From Chrysomallon squamiferum (Eukaryota > Animalia > Mollusca), in NCBI GenBank assembly GCA_012295275.1, contig CM022676.1:1612001-1676000 (forward strand): a stretch of 64,000 bases of DNA, in the 5' to 3' direction. The notes under the pieces are model-generated. The model did not search any database, was not told where the DNA came from, and saw nothing but the letters and a program-made list of their open reading frames with translations. A program made the position numbers and the translations under genes. Each line of letters opens with the position of its first letter. Within the stretch, counting starts at the first letter, position 1. Positions 55,207 to 64,000 of this stretch are shown piece by piece.

Positions 55207-55266
<60 letters not shown>
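55204..55266. repeat. (TG)n microsatellite
   Basis: Direct inspection; other TG/CA tracts near 8468, 19080, 23790, 28390, 39730, 50685 and 55682. Confidence 0.95.
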
Positions 55267-55267
<1 letters not shown>

Positions 55268-55679
55268 TGTGTCTGTGTTGTGTATATGTGTCATTTCTGA
55301 ATTTTTATAAGATATTTTCTTCATTAATGAGTTTTTCACTTACAATGAAATAAGAAACACAAAAGACAGGCTCACATATCAAAACAGTAAATGTCAGAAC
55401 TAAGGGATTTCTGTTACAAATGTAATTAAATGAGTATAAAAAGAAATATAGATACAGTATCAGTGTTACTGGCTATAACACTACATATATATATATCTAT
55501 CTATATATATACACATACACACACATACATACATATTCACACACACACACAAGGCATTTAGGGCACTTTTTATTTATTATTTTCATCATGATTATGAAAA
55601 CTTTATTCAATATTTGTTCATTAATAAAAAAGGTTGTGGCTCTGTGATTTTTGTTACAGGTGTTTTTATGATTATTTAT

Positions 55680-55717
<38 letters not shown>

Positions 55718-58700
55718 AAGTGAGAATTTGTTTATTTTTGTGGGTATGTCTCTGATACAAAAAAGGCAAAAAGTACTGTTTCAGAGCCATCAAAATGCCT
55801 TTTATTAAGCACCTACTTTATTAAATAAACTTATAAACACACACAAAATTATTTTTCTGTTCTGGTTATGAAGAAATATAATAACTAATTACTGTTACAA
55901 CACACTGGCACTTCCAGTAATCAAGATTAATGGAGAGATAATAAATTATTACTTGGAACGTTTTCACCTCTGCCTTATTATAACAATTAAAAAGATAAAA
56001 ATACCAAAACTAGTTTGAAACAAAAAAAAAAAAAATGTCTAGATTGTTTATATAACCTAATAAAAGATTGAGAAATATTATAAATAAAATACAAAACAAA
56101 ATAAGACAGAAACTTAAAAATGTAATAAAGAAATAGATTTTTGTATGTACACACCCATACACACTGAGAGAAAGAGAGATTAACAGACAATGAAGCCAAA
56201 AACAGAGACGATCCAGACCAGAGAAACAAAAAATGGGAGCATGTTGTCTTTTATTCTTTTCTTTACCTTTTTAACCCTTATTTTACATTAATTATCAGTA
56301 AAACACAGTCCATAATCTTATTAAGATTGCACACTGTATGTGTCTTTGACTCGGTCAAAAAGCTTCTAACACTGAAAGAAATAAACTAACATGTACCGAG
56401 TTGCTTTTACCAGACAATGCAAACTGCCATTTAGAAGTCAATTATTATTGTGTTTTACAAAGTCAAATATACACACGTGTGTCTAACATTACTTAATGCA
56501 GTGAGCAACACAATATAAAACACATTTGTGTGTTTGTTAGTTGCAAGGTCAACAGGAAGTCAGCATCAGTTGTTTCTCAACAGCAACATTATCAACATTC
56601 TCTGCAGCGCTGCCATATGAACGGCCCCAGGTGGTGAACATGGCCAACACAATGCAAGTCAGAGTGATTCCTAGCCGTGTGGGATGTTTATACATACACT
56701 GTACTAAATACTCGGAATATCTTATCTATTACATTGCTACTTTTTTATATACTTTGTTTTAGGTTTACTGTGCACTTATTATTTTATTTTTCTCTTCTTT
56801 AATAGAAATCTTCTATTTAAGTGTTTAATGTAAATGATTGTTATGTAAGGCAACTACTGACAATTTTTTAAAGGCAAATTTATGTATGTACTTTAAATCA
56901 AACAGACTTGTACAACGTGTTGCAATGTTTGCTGAGAAGTAACAAAAAAGTTTGCTTTAGGACATTGTACAAGTCCCCTACACATTGTCTACATCTGTAC
57001 AAAGAAAGAGAAATTTGTGAATCAATTTCAATTTGAATTCCTCTCATAAAGAAGCAAGTTCTCCTTTCAAACACAAGCCACATTGAGGTCTTATTGAAAA
57101 TGCACCTGCACAACCCACAGTGGCGATAATCTGGCTTGGACTAAAACCACTTTACAATGGTATTATTCCCTTATACACTACACACACACTTTTTATTGCT
57201 TGTTAGTTTATTTAAACCATGTAGATTTATTAATAATAAAGATGTCAGTGTGCATTACAATATTATCAGTTGTTGAAGTACACTCTAATTCAGTGTATTC
57301 ACAGGTTTTCTATCATTATGAGTTATTATAGTATATTTACTTTTAATATTAAATTGATTTATATTAATTACTGAAATATGTTCAATTTCAATATCAAGCT
57401 TTTTTTAATTATTTGCTGAAGTGCACTATTAACTAATTTGTAATTCAGTGTATTCACCTTTTTACTACAGTTGTCAGTTACTGAGATACATATCATTTTT
57501 ATATTAAATTGACTTTTATTAGTACTCAGTATTGTGAGTTGTTGAATTATTTTGTATTCACATTTTCCCCAGTTGAAAGGTACTGGAATATATTTTCAAA
57601 CATTGTTGAACTTGTTTTTGTATTAAATATTCATTATTGTTATCAGTTGCTAATTTATATTGTTAATTCTACTATGACAATTTTTCAATATTTAAAATAA
57701 TATTAACAGTTAAGTATAAAGCATGTTTTGTTTATTTTGTTCAAAATGCTTACTACAAAAAAAACATCAGTTCAGTGACTTCATTTTTAGTTGTTATTTT
57801 TCATGTTGATTTTTTCTTTAATTTTTCTACAAAATGAAGCATCATAAAGAGATAAGTCAACCATGAAAAGATAACTCCACATGATGTTTTGTTTATCAGT
57901 CACACAATTTTGGCTTTTTGAACTGGCAAAAATCTGAGTTCACTTTATGAAAAGATAGGATTTGGAATCTCACCAGAAACTAACTCCCTGACAACAAAGA
58001 GTCTCCAAAGGGAAGTAATTCTGACTGTGAGAATAAAGCAAGGGTCACAGCTGGATGTAACAAAAATGGAATGGTTCATTAGACTCACTAACAACTGTTT
58101 TCATGTTTTTCAAAACTGGGCTAGATGTCCTGACTTATAGTAGCAACGTTTACTCAAATAGTCAGTTAAACTTTTAAAAATAAAAATTATTTATGTAAGA
58201 TTCTTGTAAATAAATACACAGTAAACAGTATTAATATAAATTATAATAAATAAAATATCATTCTGTTCATGGAAAAGACTTAAAGGCTCTGGGTAGGCAC
58301 AAAGTAGGATGTCATATGGGATTAGTTTTCTCCTAGTTTCTCTTCTAACTAATTATGGTTTAGATCATTTTTATTTTAATCTCTTACTAAAAGTTTATCT
58401 AATAGTTTATGTTAATATACAAAATAACAGAGTAAACATCTAAAAATAATCAAAAATTTATTTCATATCCATTTCATTTTTCTGATCAAAAGTAAAAATC
58501 CCTTTGGTACTTTTTTTGAATCAAGTCACAAATGTAAAATTCAAAAAATTACTTTATTCCTAACAAAGGCAAACCTCAAAGAAAAGTGCAGACAAAGAAA
58601 ATGAGGGGAAAGGGCTGTTTAGCCACACCCCACGTCACTGTTACTCAAACTGCCTTGAAGCATTCTGACAGGCTTCAAACAACCATCTTTAAAGTGATTA

Positions 58701-58719
58701 TTATTTAATTACTTTACAA

Positions 58720-59100
58720 CTTGGTATCCTGCCATTACTGGTAATGTAAAAATAGTTATCAGTAACTTATTACTAGACACTGGCAGAGTTAAATATCGAG
58801 TAAGTTGGTATTAGCCATTAGGAGAGTTATAAAGTTTAGTAATGTATTTGACATTAGAAGAATTAAAAAGTTTAGTAATTTGTTTTATTAGATAAATTAA
58901 AATGATCTGAAATGTATCACTAGACACTGGTAAAGTTCAGTAACTTGTTCCTGGACACTGGGACAATTAAATACTTCAGTAACTTGTTATTAGACAGCAG
59001 GTGAGTTAAATACTTCAGTAACTTGTTATTAGACAGTAGGAGAGTTAAATACTTCAGTAACTTGTTGTTAGACAGTAGGAGAGTTAAATACTTCAGTAAT
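58720..59100. repeat. 39-bp minisatellite with degenerate left-hand copies
   Basis: Unit AGTTAAATACTTCAGTAACTTGTTATTAGACAGTAGGAG; best conserved at 58965-59100. Confidence 0.85.
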
Positions 59101-59984
59101 TTAGATACAAGTTCAGTAAGTCACTATTAGGCATGTTAAAAGAGTTCAGTTTTGCAGAAGATACTCTTTAGTTGTCTGCTCTGGTTTCACTGACAATAAA
59201 TCACCACTACTCTCTTGTCAAGAAGTCTACAATTTCAGACTCAAGTTCTGTGAGGCCTGGAATTTGAGGTCAAAGGAAAAAGGTCGGTTGTCCAGCCTCC
59301 TGCAAAGACTGATAATTATGTATTAACGGCTACATGCCTCAAGCCCCAGTCCCCCTCCTTTCATTGTGTCTCCCCACCTGTTGGTTACTGCTTTGTGTTG
59401 AATACTGAAATCCAAGATGGAAGATTTTGCCATCAGTAGGTTATTTGTTACCTGTGTTAAACTTAAGAAAAGAATTTGGAAACCTTTGTCCAGTCAGACT
59501 GAAATGATTCATTAAAAAACAAAATAATTACAGTAGATCACAGACTTGTATTTCATCCTTTAATAAGAATTACTCCTTCATGTGTAGGTTCTTCACTGCT
59601 TTTATTAATTAGCACTTTTTATATCATGTAAAATTACTATATATTTGGAACAAATTATGTTTCAACAAACATGGAAAAAAACTTTTACTAATAATTTTAT
59701 ATTTTGTTACTTATTTGTTATATTTATTTTATATACATTTTTTTGTTTCACACTAAACCTGCTGTCCCATGAACAAAAAAAAAAAAATAAAATAAAATAA
59801 AAATAATAATAACAGAACATTAAGCTTGAAAAAGAAGCTAAACTACAATAAAATTCTACAATGCATATATATACGTTTCTAAACTGCAACAATGGTTTAA
59901 TTTTTCTTTTTCTTTTTTTTGTTGCTATTTTTATTTTATTTTTTATTTTTATTTTTTTTTTTTTTTATAAAACAACATGACTGT

Positions 59985-60290
59985 ACAATAATTAAAATAT
60001 TTAATTACATTTGCCATTGTCAATCAAATATGTTAAACACATTTAGAGTATTAGGTTTATATTATCCTTATTATTTTCATTAAATTTTTAAATATTATAC
60101 ATTAATTAAAACAATGATTAAAGTATTTAATTACATTTACTTTGTCTATCAGCTATATGAAGTATATTTTAAGTATTGTTTACTTTACCCTTAAATTTTC
60201 AATTAAATGTGCATTAAGGTAAACACAATAATTAAAATATTTAATTACATTTGCATTTGTATGTGAAACACATTTAAGTTCTAAGTTTAC
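59985..60290. repeat. degenerate ~120-bp tandem triplication
   Basis: ACAAT(A/G)ATTAAA(A)..TATTTAATTACATTT recurs near 59985, 60110 and 60226. Confidence 0.65.
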
Positions 60291-62612
60291 ATTTTTCTTT
60301 GTAAATCAGTTATGAGAAGAACAATGTCAACACAAATAAATCTGAGTGGGTTTCTACTCCAGTGATATTTATAAACATCTGTGTAACACAGCTTGGTATC
60401 AATGTAAACTATCTGCAAGCCTGTCACTAAAATGTCATTTAGGAAACAGGAGTCAAGTCCATTATAACATTCTTACTGCCAGTCAGCTTTTTACAGCAGT
60501 TTGCAGGCAAAACCTTTTGTTCTGCGGACTTCATAAACAACATGAAACTGTGAAACTATAGCAAAGAGCTTGTGAAATTCAAGTCACTTTACACTGGGCT
60601 TGTGATAATGGACTACAAGCAAGCATGTCAAAACAATTGTTCATCGTCATCAGGTGTGTGAAATACAGACAAACATAGAGTCCTTTTTCTCACGAAATGT
60701 GCATAATTTCTAAATGGATTTATTGCATGTAAGAAGTCATAACACCCACAAAAACCAGAATCCTGTTGCACAGTTTTGTAAAGAGTGGTAAATAATAATG
60801 TTCTTAAACATATTCTGTTCACTACTTGACATTACATTTTTACTTATAATAAAAAAATTCTAAGTAGATAACAAAGTTTTCCAGCAGAAAGAAGTTTTTT
60901 TTTTTACATAATAATTTATTTCTGTTTGACAGCAGATTTCTATTACAATAAAAAAATACCTGAATTATGTTTACTAGCAGAAAACAGTCTAATTTTTAAA
61001 TATTAGTTGATCTCTTGTTTATTATTATTTATTATTATTTATAAATGAAAATCCATCTAGTGTAAATAAAAATGTTTGATAGGTTGTTTAACATTTAAAA
61101 AAACATTAACATATTAATTTATCAGCTCACTACAAGTAATGAAATATATCTACACTAATTATTAATTCTTGAACTGTCTGCTAAAGAAAAAATTGAATAT
61201 TATTTGGTTAGTATTTATAATTTAATTCTGTCTAGACTTAATATTAATTTTGATTAATAAAATTTAAACTTTTTTAATATCAAACAATTTATTTATAATA
61301 AAGCATCAACAATTTATAAGGAAAACAAATATTTTTCAAAAACATCTAGTGAAAAGGTTTATTAGAAAGTATATTGTTTTGTAAAGAAAAATAAAAGAAC
61401 AACCCCAAAAAAACAAAAACAAAAATAAATATACAAAAACCAAAAAAAGTTTAAAAAAATAAAATAACAAAAAACAAAATTAAAAATAAAAGAAGAAAAA
61501 GGAGAAGTTATATTTTTGCAACTCTTAAAAAAGAAAATATGCAAACATATAACAAATATTAATATTTTACAAGTTTAAAAAAAAAAGGTTGAAAGCAAAA
61601 ATATATTTCATTTTAATACTAGTTTTCATTTTTTTTGTTATATAAATAAATTATTCATAAATAATGTTATCTTTGAATTATAAAAAATTGTTTTGTTGAA
61701 AAATGTAACAAAAAAAAATAAATATATATAGCCTATAAACATTTTATTTCTTAGAAAATGTTTTTGTGAAAATTTACCTTGTTTATACATTTCAAAACAG
61801 ATTTCTTAGAAGAAAAAGATATTAATGTAGAAATCATTGCAGAATACTGTTTCTGTTTTCATATATTTTCAGATTATTGTATTTATGTATATTTAAACAG
61901 AGTTAAATTTAAAAAAAATTAGTTTCTTATTTTTTGCTAATTTTATTTATCAAATATAAAAGCATTTTCAGAATTATGTTTTTAATCTTAAATTGTTGTT
62001 TTGTTATTAACAGGAACAAGAACAATAAATAAAATAAATAAATAATTTCTTACTCATTTACTCTAATATTATTATTATTTGAATAATTACAATTTATTGT
62101 TTGTAAAATTAATTATTATTGTTCTCTGGAGATAGCAGTTATTATATTTTGTAGTTAATATTTTCATACATGTTCATTATTTTTAGTAACTTTTATACAT
62201 TGCTTTTAACTAAAATATATTGTTAATTCCTTCAAACTTTCCTTGTGTTCAACAATTTGACTTTTATATATATATATAATTTTTATTCTTTAAAGTTTAA
62301 TAAACAAACAAACAAATAATTAGAAATAAATAAATAGTAGTAATCACAAATATAATTTTTAAAAATTACCTTTGTATTTTAGAGTGCAGTTACGTCATCT
62401 TTCTTTTTGCTTTTGTGTCTTATAAAAAGTGCTTTTTTTTTTTTTTTCTTCTTTTGATTAGTTAATTTATTTATTTATTATATACTTTTTTTTTTGATGT
62501 TTTGTTTTATTTATTAATTTTGTTTTACTTTGTTATATATTTATTTATGTTTCTTTTATTATTATTATTTTTGTGTTGTTTTTTTATTTTTTTTTTTATT
62601 TATTACTTTATT

Positions 62613-62645
<33 letters not shown>

Positions 62646-62972
62646 TTTTTTTTTTTATTAAAAATCAATTTAATTAAATTCTTTTCTTACTGTAAACAAA
62701 ACTTTGACAAGTATTTCATTAAATAAGTTCTGAATTAAATTCACTGTGTCAAAAATATTATGTAACAAAAATTTACAATTTAAATATAACTCAGCCCTCA
62801 CATTGTTTAAAACCTTCAACAATATATTCAGTGAACTGTCAAACTATTTCAATCCCAACCTTAACCTCACTGAAAAACAAGCTCACTCTAGGAACTGATA
62901 TAAAAATCACACCAAGTAACCTCATAAATGGACAGTGGTCATTCATTTTTAATTACATCAGTCTACACTTAC

Positions 62973-64000
62973 CCTGAGGAAGAGATGGACCAGACTAGTG
63001 TCCAGTGGTGTCCAGTCAAGTGATAAACCAGCCAGCTTTCTTCTTCACAACATGCAATTAGTATCCAAACAGGAGTTTGTACACAAACTGGTAAAATGAT
63101 CAGAACTGATGTATAGGGAAAGAAATAGTGGCTTATTTATGTATTTATCTCTATAATAACTAGTTCTGATGAGAACACAACATTTGCTACTGTAGATCAA
63201 AACACAAGAAATATACAGAATTTGTTTCAACTCCTCACATTCCTCATAAAGGGCAAACAGATGTGATTCTCTCTTTGTTTTTCAATCACACAACAACAAA
63301 CCAGTAAACATGGCCACTTCTAACAGAAACTAATAAAAAAACTTCTCCTGTGATGTTAAAACATGGGTCAGTCACAAAGAGTTTACTGACTGCTCACACT
63401 AGTTAAATAATATTTACATCTGTGTCTCACTGTCAGGATTGTGAGTTATAAAAAAGTGTAAAGAAACTCTCAGAGTCAGTGAATCACTTGGTGTATCGTG
63501 TAACAAAATGAATGTTAATCATTCCTCCTGTGATTTTACTGAGAACAGATATCAGAGTTGCCTGTAAAGAATCATTTCCTCTTGCTTGTAGTAAAATTCC
63601 AGTCTCTTTCCACTGATGACACTGACACACTAAGTTAGTTCTACATTGGTACAGATCACTCAGATGTCCAGAGTTGCTGATCATTCAGAAAAGCTGTATT
63701 ACTAAACTGAACACAACTAAAACTGATAATAATAAGTCTCTACAAATAGAGGAGCTTCTACTAAGTCTGCCAGCCCTGTATATACAGAAACATTCTGTTC
63801 AAGTCGTGTTTTGAAATACTCAGTGAAAGAACTTAGATGTTTACTGAGAGAACTCGGATACATTCACTGAAAGATATAACACAGATTATTCCTGTTGCTA
63901 CGAGAGACCACGGCTCACTGTCCTCTCAGCTTCAGCTCGGGGAAGCTTCTGCAGTACTCGCCACTCTCTCGCTCATCCTACTGGCTACTTCTCGCTCCAC
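62973..64000 (-). other. candidate upstream non-coding (5'UTR) exon of the ihog-like gene
   Basis: Strong donor AGG|GTAAGT at 62973/62972, an abrupt switch from poly-A/T low complexity to complex sequence, and CpG/GC rising toward 64000. The coding-exon-1 acceptor at 42828 implies an upstream exon. Confidence 0.35.

Noticed and set aside
17734-63684. Numerous 60-160 aa ORFs rich in HTHT, CVCV, poly-F/I/Y/N
   Set aside because: Translations of microsatellites and AT-rich intronic sequence, often with non-ATG starts; no domain signatures or splice support.

Overview
AT-rich, CpG-poor, microsatellite-rich animal genomic DNA; a lophotrochozoan such as a mollusc is plausible but is only an inference. 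The window is dominated by one minus-strand gene, reconstructed by hand as 15 phase-compatible GT-AG coding exons (42755 down to 7972; 3150 nt, about 1049 aa). It encodes signal peptide + 4 Ig + a polybasic linker + 2 FN3 + TM + cytoplasmic tail, i.e. an Ihog/Boi/CDON/BOC-family Hedgehog co-receptor. Also present are a 5'-truncated RNase H-containing non-LTR retrotransposon with a perfect 10-bp TSD and a highly structured 3' end (1138-3700), a Tigger/pogo deletion derivative (48214-48894), a small MITE (35755-36008), several minisatellites and many microsatellites. I found no unambiguous novel multi-gene system. The best leads are two candidate stop-first cassette exons in a cytoplasmic-tail intron, the separately encoded polybasic ectodomain exon, uORFs at the start codon, and the LINE's structured 3' end with tail/target microhomology. 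Most short ORFs in the supplied track are low-complexity artefacts.
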